Shown piece after piece: positions 1-9,552 of a stretch of DNA of 64,000 nucleotides (positions are counted from its first letter, which is position 1; every line of letters starts with the position of its first letter). The position numbers and the translations under genes were made by a program. Under the pieces are notes generated by a model. It was given only the letters and a program-made list of their open reading frames with translations, did no database searches and was not told the DNA's origin. The stretch lies in assembly GCA_050250935.1 (NCBI GenBank), contig JBFWNS010000006.1, positions 92,789 through 156,788 on the forward strand. Direction: 5' to 3'. The DNA is from Candidatus Margulisiibacteriota bacterium (GTDB lineage: Bacteria > Margulisbacteria > Marinamargulisbacteria > JBFWNS01).

Positions 1-654
1 TGCAATGGCTTTGGCCAACAGGGTTTTTCCGGTTCCAGGAGGGCCCATCAACAACACGCCTTTGGGAATTTTGGCGCCGATTTCCAAATATTTTTGGGGA
101 AGTTTGAGAAAGTCCACAATTTCGTTCACTTCCTGAACGGCTTCGTCGACCCCGGCTACATCTTTAAAGGTGATGGCTTGTTTGTCTTTTTTATCCCACA
201 TGGTGGCTTTGGATTTACCAAAAGACATGGCCTGGTTGTTGGCCCCTTGTGCTTGTCTGAAAATGAAGAACCAAAGCCCGCCAATAAAAATGAAAGGCAA
301 AAAGGTTTGAATAAAGACGCCCATCCAACCCGAATCGGTAGGGGCAACATTGATTTTGACGTTTTTGGCGCGGAGTTCTTTGACAAAGTCGGGGTAATCT
401 AAGAAAAACGTTTTGACGATTTTGCCGTCTTTGGTTTTTCCCGAAATCACTTTTTCACCAGAATTAACCGTAACTTCTTGAATTCGCCCTTCGCCCACTT
501 GTTTCATGAATTGGGTAAAATCGAGTTGGGACACGGCTTTGTTGCTGTTGAAATAGGTTGCCCCCAGCAGAATTACAATCGCGGCGATCAGAAAGTACCA
601 CACCAGGGATCCCCAGGGGTTTTTTACAGGACGTTGTTTTCGTTGTTTAGGCAT
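1..654 (-). CDS. ftsH: ATP-dependent zinc metalloprotease FtsH, N-terminal ~218 aa; rest of gene lies beyond the window start
   Basis: Reverse-strand translation gives [14 protein letters not shown]..., a transmembrane N-terminus and the AAA Walker A block [20 protein letters not shown] at the window edge. Start is 'cat' at 652-654. Confidence 0.85.
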   Translation of the reverse strand, partial: MPKQRKQRPVKNPWGSLVWYFLIAAIVILLGATYFNSNKAVSQLDFTQFMKQVGEGRIQEVTVNSGEKVISGKTKDGKIVKTFFLDYPDFVKELRAKNVKINVAPTDSGWMGVFIQTFLPFIFIGGLWFFIFRQAQGANNQAMSFGKSKATMWDKKDKQAITFKDVAGVDEAVQEVNEIVDFLKLPQKYLEIGAKIPKGVLLMGPPGTGKTLLAKAIA

Positions 655-683
655 AAGGGTCCATTCTACTTAAAAGAAATTTT

Positions 684-1277
684 TTATAAAACCCCTTTTG
701 TGGAGGGGACATTTTTTTCGCGAGGGTTGTGGGATACGGCTTGGCGCAAAGTTCTGGCCAATCCCTTAAAACACCCTTCGATGATGTGGTGGGCATTTTC
801 GCCTTCAAGAACCGTCATGTGGAGGGTGATTTTGGCGTTGTTGACAAAGGCAATTAAGAATTCTTTGGCCAGCTCTGTTCCAAAATCCCCGAGCTGGGTA
901 TTCGGCAATTGGGGAGCCTTGAAGCTTAAATGAGGGCGATTGGAAATATCCACGGCCACTTGGCAGAGGGTTTCGTCCATGGGCAGCAAAATCGAGGCGT
1001 ATCGTTCGATGCCAACGCCAGTGCCCAAGGCTTCCTTAAAGGCTTGGCCCAAGCAAATGCCGGCATCTTCGACGGTGTGGTGGGCATCGACATGCAGGTC
1101 GCCTTGTACGGCTAAATTCAAATCAAACAACCCATGGCGGGCAAACAGGGTTAGCATGTGGTCAAAAAACCCGATGCCGGTGTTTACCGTGCTGTGGCCT
1201 TCCCCATCCAGATTTAAAGAAAGTTGGACTTGGGTTTCTGATGTTTTTCGTTCAATGCTGGCCTTACGTGGGTTCAT
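684..1277 (-). CDS. hisB: Imidazoleglycerol-phosphate dehydratase
   Basis: 197 aa with the IGPD hallmarks [30 protein letters not shown] and DxHH metal-binding motifs. Confidence 0.85.
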   Translation of the reverse strand: MNPRKASIERKTSETQVQLSLNLDGEGHSTVNTGIGFFDHMLTLFARHGLFDLNLAVQGDLHVDAHHTVEDAGICLGQAFKEALGTGVGIERYASILLPMDETLCQVAVDISNRPHLSFKAPQLPNTQLGDFGTELAKEFLIAFVNNAKITLHMTVLEGENAHHIIEGCFKGLARTLRQAVSHNPREKNVPSTKGVL

Positions 1278-1298
1278 GGTGGGCTCCTTTTATTAAGT

Positions 1299-2333
1299 TT
1301 AAAACAAGGTAGGTTGGGCAGAGGTCGTGTCTTTGGGCAAGGCATAGCCCAAATGCTCGTAGGCAGCGGGTCTTGCCATCCGGCCGCGATTGGTTCTTTC
1401 GATGAACCCCAATTGTAGCAAATAAGGTTCGTAAACGTCTTCAATGGTATCGGATTCTTCGGCAATGCTGGCGGCGATGGTGTCCACGCCCACGGGGCCG
1501 CCGTTGTATTTGGTGATGATGGTGGACAGGTATTTTCTGTCGATTTCATCCAAACCAAAGTGGTCGATGCCCATGCCGGTTAGGGCGTCGTGGATCAAGC
1601 CAAAATGGATGGTGCCATTGGTTTTAATTTGGGCCCAGTCCCTAACCCGTTTGAGAAGCCGGTTGGCAATACGTGGGGTTCCCCTGGACCGTTTTGCAAT
1701 TTCGGCAGCGGCTTCATCATCCAAAGGACAATTTAAAATGTCGGCGGCTCGGGAAATAATCACTTTTAAATCTGAAATGTCATAAAATTCCAGACGCTCG
1801 ATAATGCCAAATCGGTCTCGCAAGGGGGCGCTTAAAAGCCCAGCTCGGGTGGTGGCGCCAATCAGGGTGAAGGGGGGCAGATCAATGCGAATGGACCTTG
1901 CAGAAGGGCCTTTGCCAATGACGATGTCCAATTCGTAGTCTTCCAAGGCAGGGTAAAGCACTTCCTCGACGGTTCGGTTTAACCGGTGAATCTCGTCAAT
2001 GAACAAAATATCGCCTTTTTCCAAATTGGTCAGAATGGCTGCAAGATCTCCGGGGCGTTCGATGGCGGGGCCGGAGGTGGTTTTGATGTTCACATTCATT
2101 TCGTGGGAAACAATGTTGGCCAAGGTGGTTTTACCCAAGCCCGGTGGGCCATAGAGCAAGACGTGTTCCAGACTTTCATCCCGCTGTTTGGCGGCATCGA
2201 TAAAAATGCTGAGGTTTTGCTTGATTTTGGGTTGACCGATGAACTGGTGAAGGCGTTGAGGACGCAAGGTGAGTTCTTTGGTATCGTCACTGGTTTTGTC
2301 TGGATCCACCAGACGTTCGTCGTCGAGGCTCAT
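1299..2333 (-). CDS. ruvB: Holliday junction branch-migration helicase RuvB
   Basis: 344 aa with [19 protein letters not shown], Walker [17 protein letters not shown], and a typical RuvB C-terminal winged helix. Confidence 0.9.
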   Translation of the reverse strand: MSLDDERLVDPDKTSDDTKELTLRPQRLHQFIGQPKIKQNLSIFIDAAKQRDESLEHVLLYGPPGLGKTTLANIVSHEMNVNIKTTSGPAIERPGDLAAILTNLEKGDILFIDEIHRLNRTVEEVLYPALEDYELDIVIGKGPSARSIRIDLPPFTLIGATTRAGLLSAPLRDRFGIIERLEFYDISDLKVIISRAADILNCPLDDEAAAEIAKRSRGTPRIANRLLKRVRDWAQIKTNGTIHFGLIHDALTGMGIDHFGLDEIDRKYLSTIITKYNGGPVGVDTIAASIAEESDTIEDVYEPYLLQLGFIERTNRGRMARPAAYEHLGYALPKDTTSAQPTLF

Positions 2334-2339
2334 GGTTAG

Positions 2340-2453
2340 AGTGTATAAGTGTTGGCAGAATTTGTCAGGGGGTGTACAATTGCGCTCCTCACCTGTAGAC
2401 CGTCGTCTTTGATGGCCGGTCTTACGACGGAATTAATCAAGGAGTTCTCTTTC
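2340..2453 (+). promoter_or_regulatory. rpsF 5' leader with a hairpin (CCGTCGT...ACGACGG) just upstream of the SD; candidate S6:S18 autoregulatory element
   Basis: An inverted repeat lies at ~2398-2437, immediately before the 'aaggag' SD and the ATG at 2454. It resembles structured rpsF leaders described in several phyla. Confidence 0.35.
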
Positions 2454-2810
2454 ATGAAAGAATACGAAATTCTCTTTATTGTTAAGCCTCATTTGGGCGA
2501 TGACCAATATCAAGATCTATCTGATAAATTTGTGTCTTGGGTTAAAGACAACGGTGGCGACATCATCTTTATCAAACCCATGGGGCTTCGCGAATTGGGG
2601 CCTACTTTTGGCCGTCATTTGCAAGGCTACTACATTCAAAGTCATTTCAAAGCTACGCCTAAAACCCTTACTGAAATCAAAAATCGTTTTGCGGTTACCG
2701 AAACCGTTATCCGACATTTGATTGTGACTTTGGATTCGATTCAATCCAGCAAACCCCGAGTTGAAAAACCCAAACGCGAAAAAGCAGAAGCCCAGCCTCA
2801 AGAGGCCTAG
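2454..2810 (+). CDS. rpsF: 30S ribosomal protein S6
   Basis: MKEYEILFIVKPHLGDDQYQ... is the canonical S6 N-terminus, with an acidic or Lys-rich C-terminal tail. It is the first gene of the rpsF-ssb-rpsR-rplI cluster. Confidence 0.9.
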   Translation: MKEYEILFIVKPHLGDDQYQDLSDKFVSWVKDNGGDIIFIKPMGLRELGPTFGRHLQGYYIQSHFKATPKTLTEIKNRFAVTETVIRHLIVTLDSIQSSKPRVEKPKREKAEAQPQEA

Positions 2811-2819
2811 TTTGATCGC

Positions 2820-3281
2820 ATGTCTAGCTTAAACCGCATCATCCTTATCGGCACTGTTTCTTCGGATCCCGATCCCCGTGCAACCGCGGGTGGGGATTCT
2901 TTTTTGCGGTTTAATTTGTCTGTGGATCGCCCCATGCGTGCCGATGGTTTGGCCGGGCAGCCAGACGACATGCCGGTTGTGGCTTGGCGGCAAACAGCCG
3001 ATCAGGCCAAAGGCATTCAAAAAGGCCAGTTGGTGTTGGTGGACGGTAAAATTATTACCCGAACCTTGGATGATGCCCAAGGCAAACGGAAATGGATTAC
3101 CGAAATCGAAGCCAAAGATATTCGGTCTTTTGCCGGTGGTGTGGTTGCTGATGCCCCCGCTTATGTGCCGGCTCAGCCCGAAGCGTTTTCTGCGCCTTTC
3201 CCAAGCGATTCTTTAGAGAAAAAACAAGTGAGCATGGTGGAAGAATCAGACTTTGATTTTGGAGAGGAAATTCCTTTTTAA
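2820..3281 (+). CDS. ssb: Single-stranded DNA-binding protein (full length, with acidic C-terminal tip DFDFGEEIPF)
   Basis: OB-fold N-terminus NRIILIGTVSSDPDPRAT, a Gly/Pro/Ala-rich linker, and the acidic C-terminal peptide ending in IPF. Confidence 0.9.
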   Translation: MSSLNRIILIGTVSSDPDPRATAGGDSFLRFNLSVDRPMRADGLAGQPDDMPVVAWRQTADQAKGIQKGQLVLVDGKIITRTLDDAQGKRKWITEIEAKDIRSFAGGVVADAPAYVPAQPEAFSAPFPSDSLEKKQVSMVEESDFDFGEEIPF

Positions 3282-3283
3282 CC

Positions 3284-3643
3284 ATGTACAATAAAGTTTT
3301 TTTGATTGGGCGTTTGGTCAGAGATCCCGAAGTAAGAACCACTGTTTCTGGTATTGCGGTTGCCCGTTTTACCATTGCTGTGGACAGGTCGAAGCGTCGG
3401 GATACCAACGAAAAAATAACCGATTTTTTACGGATTGTGACTTGGCGACGCCAAGCTGAAATTGCTGGCCAGTATCTTCGAAAAGGGAAACTGGTTGCCA
3501 TCGAAGGACGCTTGCAGCTAGAATCGTACGAAAAAGACGGGGAAAAACAAAGTATGGCCGAAATTGTGGCCGATACGTTTCAGATGTTAGACAGCAAAGC
3601 GAGCACCGAGGCGGATTCGTCCGTTTCGATGCCCGAATTTTAG
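3284..3643 (+). CDS. Second SSB-like OB-fold paralog (119 aa) lacking the canonical acidic tip; PriB-like position between ssb and rpsR
   Basis: MYNKVFLIGRLVRDPEVRTTVSGIAVARFTIAV... is an SSB OB fold. There is no Gly-rich linker or DDDIPF tail; it ends in ...SMPEF. Confidence 0.75.
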   Translation: MYNKVFLIGRLVRDPEVRTTVSGIAVARFTIAVDRSKRRDTNEKITDFLRIVTWRRQAEIAGQYLRKGKLVAIEGRLQLESYEKDGEKQSMAEIVADTFQMLDSKASTEADSSVSMPEF

Positions 3644-3673
3644 CCCTAGTTTAGAGAGAGAAGGAGAGTTATT

Positions 3674-3913
3674 GTGGAACAAAAATCACATTTAAAACGC
3701 CGCGTTAAACGCCGCAAGCCCTGTTTGTTTTGTGTGGATAAGGTGGATGTTGTGGATTACAAAGACACCCCACGGTATCGCCGGTTTGTTACCGATCGGG
3801 GCAAAATTTTTCCCCGTCGTAATTCTGGCATGTGTGCCAAGCATCAACGTGCTTTGGCCGAAGCCATCAAACGTGCACGCTACATTGGCTTGTTGCCATT
3901 TTGCATAGACTAA
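3674..3913 (+). CDS. rpsR: 30S ribosomal protein S18
   Basis: 79 aa with [63 protein letters not shown]. Start is GTG. Confidence 0.9.
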   Translation: MEQKSHLKRRVKRRKPCLFCVDKVDVVDYKDTPRYRRFVTDRGKIFPRRNSGMCAKHQRALAEAIKRARYIGLLPFCID

Positions 3914-3928
3914 TTTAGAGGATAAACC

Positions 3929-4387
3929 ATGGGTGCAGAACTAGAAGTTATTTTTGTTAAAGATGTTAAAAACGTAGGGAAATTGGGTCAACGCCGCAAG
4001 GTTAGAATGGGATTTGCCAAAAATTTCTTGTTTCCAGAAGGCTTGGCGTTGTTGGTGAATAAGGCCAACCTTAGCTATTTCGAATCGATTCGCAAAAAAG
4101 AAGAAGCTCGCCGCGAACAATTGAAAGGTGAAGCTGAAACCCTTAAAACCCAATTGGAAGGCAAAGAAATTACCTTGTCTGCCACCACCCACGACGAAGG
4201 CAAATTGTATGGTTCCATTACCAAATCGGAAGTGGCCAAACAAATCGAAGCGGCCTTTTCGGTGTCTGTGGATAAAAATGACTTGGATATGGCTGAACAT
4301 ATCCGAGAAATTGGAACTTACACCGTTCGGTTGGTTCCCCATGCTGACGTGGTCATTTCTTTGACCCTTAACGTTAACGCTGCTTAA
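3929..4387 (+). CDS. rplI: 50S ribosomal protein L9
   Basis: MGAELEVIFVKDVKNVGKLGQRRKVRMGFAKNFLFPEGLA is the L9 N-domain signature. Confidence 0.9.
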   Translation: MGAELEVIFVKDVKNVGKLGQRRKVRMGFAKNFLFPEGLALLVNKANLSYFESIRKKEEARREQLKGEAETLKTQLEGKEITLSATTHDEGKLYGSITKSEVAKQIEAAFSVSVDKNDLDMAEHIREIGTYTVRLVPHADVVISLTLNVNAA

Positions 4388-4436
4388 GCATCAAGCCCTT
4401 TTAAAAACACTTCCAACAGACCCCGGCATTTACAAG

Positions 4437-6188
4437 ATGATTGATCTTGCCGGGGTCGTTTTGTATGTTGGCAAAGCCAAAAACCTAAAGCGCCGGGTTT
4501 CGAGCTATTTTAACCGGCATCACGATCATCCCAAGACAGCCGTTTTGGTTTCCAAGATCGAGCATATCGAGGTGATTGTGACCCGCACGGAGCACGATGC
4601 CTTGGTGCTGGAAAGTCAGTTGATTAAGGCCCTTCAGCCCCGATACAACATGGCGCTTAAAGACGACAAACATTATCCGTTTTTAAAGATTACCACCGAT
4701 CCTTTTCCCCGGGTGGTTATTGCCCGGTCGGTTGATAAAGACGGGGCCCAGTATTTTGGTCCTTACCCGTCCATTGGGTCTACGACGTTTTTGTTGCGGT
4801 TGTTGAACGATATTTTTCCGATTCGAGACTGTAAGCAGGCCATAGATTTGGTGGACCTTCAGCCCAAATGTATCAATTTGGATATTGGGCGCTGTTTGGG
4901 GCCTTGTGTGTTCAAACAGATTAAACCCGATTACGATGCCTTGATTCGCGATTTAACCCTGTTGCTTTCCGGCAAAAATGCCGATGTGATGCGCCGACTT
5001 GAAGCCGAAATGAAGCGACAAGCCGAAACCCTGCACTTCGAAGCAGCCGCCAAACTTCGGGATCGGTTGGCCAAACTAGAGCAACTATCGAGCCGGCAAA
5101 CAGTGTGCTTGAACACGGCAGATACGGTGCATGTGTGGGTGGTGGTGGAAAACGAAACCCAGTATTACCTGTTGGTTCAAACCTTGGTTGAGGGGCGCTT
5201 GTTGTATCAAAAAGGGGTTTATTTTGCCAAAGCCGATGGGGATATCGCTTTCTTTTTGGAGCAAGCCGTTTTGGGGTATTTGGAATTTTGCAAACCCGAG
5301 CATTATCCAGACGAGATTTGGTGTCAGTCGGTGTTTCTGGCGGATTTCGAAGCCATTGTGCCGGTGTTGGTTAAGCCCATTTTGGTGTTGGCTCCCCAGC
5401 GTGGCCTTAAAAAAACAGTGCTCGAAACCGCCGAGAAAAATGCCACCTTGTCCCTGCTTCGGCTTAAAAAATTGCCCACAACCAAACCCAAAAACGATGG
5501 GCAAGTTTTGGCTTTGGCCCAGGATATTTTGCGGCTTAAGGCCCTGCCAGAACGAATTATTGGGTTTGATATTTCTCATTTGCAGGGCACGGATATTGTG
5601 GCTTCTGCGGTACTCTTTAAAAACGGTCATCCCTATAAAACGGGGTATCGCCATTTTGCGATTAAGTCGGTTAGTGACCAGAGCAACGACCCCAAATCCA
5701 TGGCAGAAGTGGTGCATCGGCGGTTGTGGCAGTGTTTGCAAGACGAGGAGCCCTTGCCCCAGCTGTTGTTGATTGATGGCGGCAGAACCCAATTGAATGC
5801 CGCTTTAACCGTGATTCACGACCTGCGCCTGACTGGGGTGGTCGAGGCTGTTGCCTTGGCCAAACGTTGGGAAGAGATCTATTTACCCGGTCGGGATGTT
5901 CCGATAAGATTGGGGTTAAGCCACCCCGTGGTTCATCTGTTTCAACGTGTTCGGGATGAATCGCATCGGTTTGCTGGCCGCCTTCAGGGCAAAAAGCGAA
6001 CCCAGCGAACGTTTCGGTCTCGGTTTGATGGCATTCGGGGCCTTGGACCTCGAACCAAACAAAAATTGTTTGGTCTGTATCGAACTTTGGATCAGATGGC
6101 GCAGGTTACGGCCCAGTCTTTGGCTGATGATTTGGGGATTTCCTTGAAGATAGCCGAAGAAATTCAAAACCGATTGAAACAGAAGTGA
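4437..6188 (+). CDS. uvrC: Excinuclease ABC subunit C
   Basis: GIY-YIG motif at the N-terminus (GIYKMIDLAGVVLYVGKAKNLKRRV), a UvrBC-interaction region, an RNase H-like endonuclease domain, and a C-terminal (HhH)2. The true start may be a non-ATG codon slightly upstream (CTG at 4380). Confidence 0.85.
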   Translation: MIDLAGVVLYVGKAKNLKRRVSSYFNRHHDHPKTAVLVSKIEHIEVIVTRTEHDALVLESQLIKALQPRYNMALKDDKHYPFLKITTDPFPRVVIARSVDKDGAQYFGPYPSIGSTTFLLRLLNDIFPIRDCKQAIDLVDLQPKCINLDIGRCLGPCVFKQIKPDYDALIRDLTLLLSGKNADVMRRLEAEMKRQAETLHFEAAAKLRDRLAKLEQLSSRQTVCLNTADTVHVWVVVENETQYYLLVQTLVEGRLLYQKGVYFAKADGDIAFFLEQAVLGYLEFCKPEHYPDEIWCQSVFLADFEAIVPVLVKPILVLAPQRGLKKTVLETAEKNATLSLLRLKKLPTTKPKNDGQVLALAQDILRLKALPERIIGFDISHLQGTDIVASAVLFKNGHPYKTGYRHFAIKSVSDQSNDPKSMAEVVHRRLWQCLQDEEPLPQLLLIDGGRTQLNAALTVIHDLRLTGVVEAVALAKRWEEIYLPGRDVPIRLGLSHPVVHLFQRVRDESHRFAGRLQGKKRTQRTFRSRFDGIRGLGPRTKQKLFGLYRTLDQMAQVTAQSLADDLGISLKIAEEIQNRLKQK

Positions 6189-7324
6189 ACATGAGACGAG
6201 CCGTTTTTTGGGGTTTGATAGGCATGATGGTGATGAGCACGGGCTTGTTTGCTGCCGATGCTGCCAAAGAAAAGCTGGATCAAATCAATACCAAAATCGA
6301 GAAAAATCGCCAGAAAATTCAGCAAAAAGAACGCGAAAAGCGCCAGGCTGAAAGGGCCTTGGTTTCGGTTACCCGTGAATTGCGATATACCGAATTGCGT
6401 TTAAGTGTTGCGAAACGAAATCTTAGAGATTCCCAATACAAGGTGGCCGCTACCCGGTCTCAATTGGGGGATCTTCAAAAACAATATAACGATAAAAGTG
6501 GCCAATTTTCCCGCCGCTTGGTGGATATTTATAAAAATAGAAACTTGGGCTTTTTGGAATTTTTGTTTTCTCCTGAACGGTTCGTGTCGTTGGTGGATTC
6601 GTCGTATTATTTTGACCGTATAGTGCGCCAAGATACGGCCCTGATCCAAGACATGAAGGCCCGCTATAAAAACCTCGAAGTGGCCAAAACCCGCTACGAA
6701 GCCGAGACCCAACGCATTGAAGGGTTAAAGCAACAGATCTCTTCTGAAGAAAGCAATTTGTCGGCCCAGCGTCAAAAACACGCGGGATATGTGTCGGCCT
6801 TGGCTTCTGAGATCGAGGATATGGAGCGAAAAAATCGGGAGTTGGAGGCATCTTCAGAAGAAATCGCCCGATTGTTAAGGGGAACAACCGGCAAGCACGA
6901 GGTTTTGGGGACAGGGTCTTTTATTCGCCCCGCCTCTGGGTTTTTGTCGTCCCGATTTGGGGTTCGCAGGCATCCCATTTTTAAACGGTTGATCCGCCAC
7001 ATGGGTGTGGATTTTGCTTCGGGTACTGGGACTCCCATTTATGCAGCAGATTCTGGGGTTGTGGTGGTTGCAGGCGCAAAGCCTATTTATCATGGGTATG
7101 GGAACATTACGATTATTGATCATGGAAACCGGGGTGGAGATTCTCGCCGCTTTTCAACCATTTATGCCCATCAATCGCGGATTGTGGTGTCGGAAGGCCA
7201 ATCGGTTAAACAAGGGCAATTGATTGGCTATGTGGGGAGCACCGGCTATGCCACTGGCCCGCATTTGCATTTTGAAGTTCGTATTGACGGGGTTCCGGTG
7301 GATCCGTTGCGGTATTTGCAGTAG
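6185..7324 (+). CDS. Coiled-coil M23 family peptidoglycan endopeptidase (EnvC/NlpD-like with intact catalytic motifs)
   Basis: Signal peptide, a long Q/E/K/R-rich coiled coil, and a C-terminal M23 domain with HxxxD (HMGVDFAS) and HxH (HLHFEV). Start could be GTG 6185 or ATG 6191. Confidence 0.8.
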   Translation: MNMRRAVFWGLIGMMVMSTGLFAADAAKEKLDQINTKIEKNRQKIQQKEREKRQAERALVSVTRELRYTELRLSVAKRNLRDSQYKVAATRSQLGDLQKQYNDKSGQFSRRLVDIYKNRNLGFLEFLFSPERFVSLVDSSYYFDRIVRQDTALIQDMKARYKNLEVAKTRYEAETQRIEGLKQQISSEESNLSAQRQKHAGYVSALASEIEDMERKNRELEASSEEIARLLRGTTGKHEVLGTGSFIRPASGFLSSRFGVRRHPIFKRLIRHMGVDFASGTGTPIYAADSGVVVVAGAKPIYHGYGNITIIDHGNRGGDSRRFSTIYAHQSRIVVSEGQSVKQGQLIGYVGSTGYATGPHLHFEVRIDGVPVDPLRYLQ

Positions 7325-7327
7325 GGC

Positions 7328-8443
7328 TTAAAGCTCTGGCAACTTCACCCATTTGGGTGAGAATTTTGACCATTTCATGGAGACCACGCGGACAAATTTG
7401 GCGCCGTCTTCGTCTTTGAATTCCAAAATGCCGTCCATGAAGTATTTGACGTTGTTTAAGACAATGTCACTGACGGTGCCGTCTTCCATTAAAAACAAGG
7501 AGGTGACACCGCCATAGCTGGTCGAGGTTCTGGAAATTTGTCCCACAAAGCGTTGAACAGAAGGCAGGTCAAAATTGACCAATAGGCTGGAAATTGAGTC
7601 GATGACCCGTCGTCCCCCCAACTTGGTTTGAATCGACTGGCCCAGTTCGGCGCTGGCATCGGAAATGAGGCCAGACAGTTGTGTCAGTTCCAGCATGCCG
7701 GTCACAGCAAATTTTTCGTTTTCGGGTTGGATGAAGGTGGTCCAGGAATAGGCATCGACGAACCGAATCAGATCGTATTTTTCGAGTTCGGACACTGGCT
7801 TTGGCATGGCCGAGGTTAAGGCTCCACGGATTTGGTCGGGATTGTCATCTACAGCCACAAACAGGCATCGATCGGCATGTGTGAGGCCATCGACCAAAAA
7901 TTGCCTGCCAAACGTGGATTTTCCGCTGCCGAAAGCCCCAATCACCAACATATTCGAGCCCACTGGAAATCCGCCGGACAAGGCTTCGTCCAGCTCTGGA
8001 ATGCGTGTTGAAACGGTTTTGATGCTGCTGGTATCGAGGCTTTCTTTGGCCTGATTGCTTTTCTTTTGGTACTTGGTGTAGCGCAACAATAGGGCATTGA
8101 CCCGGGCTTTGAGTTCTTCGATTAAAAACGGTTTGGTGATGTAGTCGTCGGCCCCTTCTTCGAACCCGGTTAGTTTGTGAAAATCGTCGTTCATGGCCGA
8201 CAAAATAATGATGGGGGTATCGGCCAAATCGGGGTCTTGGCGGACGGCTTTGCACACATCAAACCCGGTTTTGAAGGGCATTTGGATATCGGTGATGATG
8301 AGATCGGGCCTGATTTCGAAGGCCAGGCGAATGGCTTCTTGGCCGTCGGCTGCGGTGGTAATGTCCATGGTGTCGCTTTTTAAGCTGGCTTCCAATAAAG
8401 CCAAAATGGGCCGTTCGTCGTCGGCAACCAAAATTTTAAACAT
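7328..8443 (-). CDS. Response-regulator receiver domain fused to a KaiC/RecA-like ATPase domain
   Basis: N-terminus MFKILVADDERPILALL...ITDIQMPFKTGFDV is a CheY-like REC. The C-terminal half has Walker A GAFGSGKSTFGRQF and a KaiC/RadA-like core. Confidence 0.75.
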   Translation of the reverse strand: MFKILVADDERPILALLEASLKSDTMDITTAADGQEAIRLAFEIRPDLIITDIQMPFKTGFDVCKAVRQDPDLADTPIIILSAMNDDFHKLTGFEEGADDYITKPFLIEELKARVNALLLRYTKYQKKSNQAKESLDTSSIKTVSTRIPELDEALSGGFPVGSNMLVIGAFGSGKSTFGRQFLVDGLTHADRCLFVAVDDNPDQIRGALTSAMPKPVSELEKYDLIRFVDAYSWTTFIQPENEKFAVTGMLELTQLSGLISDASAELGQSIQTKLGGRRVIDSISSLLVNFDLPSVQRFVGQISRTSTSYGGVTSLFLMEDGTVSDIVLNNVKYFMDGILEFKDEDGAKFVRVVSMKWSKFSPKWVKLPEL

Positions 8444-8444
8444 G

Positions 8445-9146
8445 CTAGATGGGCTGGCGGATCACGATGCCGCGGTTGGGAAGGATGTCGAAACTGTATT
8501 CGGTAAGGTCGATTTTGGTGGCCCGCATTTTTCGTAGCCGAATGGTGCGGATGAACTTGTTATTGAGTTTGGTAAGCTTTAATAAAATAATGCCCGAGGC
8601 TGCAAATTCTTCGATGCCGTGGTGGCTGACTTTGTCGGAACCCACGGGAATATAAGAGGTGAGCAAGGTGGTGCAATTGAGATCGTCTTCAATGGCAAAA
8701 ATAAGTTTGCGAATGTATTCGTTGGCTTCTGGCGAGGTCATGCTGGAAAACACCAATGGGGCAATCGGATCGATGGCCATGCGGCCGATGTTCTGGCTTC
8801 TGACCAAGTCGATAATAAAGCCAATCACGGAATCGGTGTTCACGGGTTGATCGGCTTTGGGCAGAAAATGCGTGGTAATGTCGACCAGCTGAATGTCTTT
8901 GTTTTCGAGGTGGGGCAGAATATTCCATCCCAACGAGGCTGCATCGGCAATGATGTGTTCGGGGCGCTCGTCGATACAAATATAAAGCCCTTTTTTGCCT
9001 TGGCGAACGCCTTCTAGCAAAAACTGGAGGCAAAAAATGGTTTTTCCGGTGCCGGGTTCTCCAGAAATCAGGTAAGAACGGCCTTCGGGGAACCCCCCGT
9101 CCAAAAGTTGGTCAAATGCTTCTATCCCACTTTTGAGCTTATTCAC
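8445..9146 (-). CDS. Single-domain KaiC-like (RecA-superfamily) ATPase
   Basis: GIEAFDQLLDGGFPEGRSYLISGEPGTGKTIFCLQFL is the KaiC/RAD55-type Walker A context. 233 aa, one domain. It ends 1 bp before the REC-KaiC gene, so the two are likely co-transcribed. Confidence 0.75.
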   Translation of the reverse strand: MNKLKSGIEAFDQLLDGGFPEGRSYLISGEPGTGKTIFCLQFLLEGVRQGKKGLYICIDERPEHIIADAASLGWNILPHLENKDIQLVDITTHFLPKADQPVNTDSVIGFIIDLVRSQNIGRMAIDPIAPLVFSSMTSPEANEYIRKLIFAIEDDLNCTTLLTSYIPVGSDKVSHHGIEEFAASGIILLKLTKLNNKFIRTIRLRKMRATKIDLTEYSFDILPNRGIVIRQPI

Positions 9147-9198
9147 AGTTAAGACTATATCCCTTGTTTTTTTGTGGGGTCAAGGTTATAAAAGAACC

Positions 9199-9552
9199 AT
9201 GTACGCGAAGCTCTTGGTCGTTATTTTTTTACGAACCTGTACCGATCTTTCTTTTAAGGCTGGCGTCAATCAACTTGATTTTGATTCTTTGGGTTCTTTT
9301 GGGCCCAATGTAAAGCGGATGTTGGTGAACCCCTTTGTGTGGAGCGGGTTGCTGTTTGGGCTGATGAACATGTTGTTCTGGGCTGTTAGTTTGTCCAGTT
9401 TCGACCTCAGTTATGCCTATCCCTTTTTGAGCATTGTGTATATTGTGATGATGATTGCGGGCAAGTTGCTGTTTGGCGAACACATCGACCGGTATAAGCT
9501 GATTGGCCTTCTCTTTATTGTGGCTGGGGCAGGGATGTTGTTTATCCGATGA
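9199..9552 (+). CDS. Small 4-TM DMT/EamA-like half-transporter (ArnE/ArnF- or SMR-like), subunit 1
   Basis: Hydrophobic ~117 aa with the EamA-like ...DLSYAYPFLSIVYIV...LIGLLFIVAGAGMLF motif. The ATG at 9199 is preferred over the ORF-track start at 9133, which overlaps the divergent KaiC gene. Confidence 0.55.
   Translation: MYAKLLVVIFLRTCTDLSFKAGVNQLDFDSLGSFGPNVKRMLVNPFVWSGLLFGLMNMLFWAVSLSSFDLSYAYPFLSIVYIVMMIAGKLLFGEHIDRYKLIGLLFIVAGAGMLFIR

Noticed and set aside
94-933. Plus-strand ORFs (102 and 151 aa) at the window start
   Set aside because: They are antisense to the well-supported ftsH N-terminal coding region.
5085-5792. 235-aa minus-strand and 213-aa plus-strand ORFs inside uvrC
   Set aside because: They are antisense or alternate-frame shadows of uvrC, with low-complexity, Cys/Trp-rich nonsense translations.
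9133-9198. Longer start (9133) for the first DMT gene
   Set aside because: It would overlap the divergent KaiC-like gene. The ATG at 9199 begins the hydrophobic domain.
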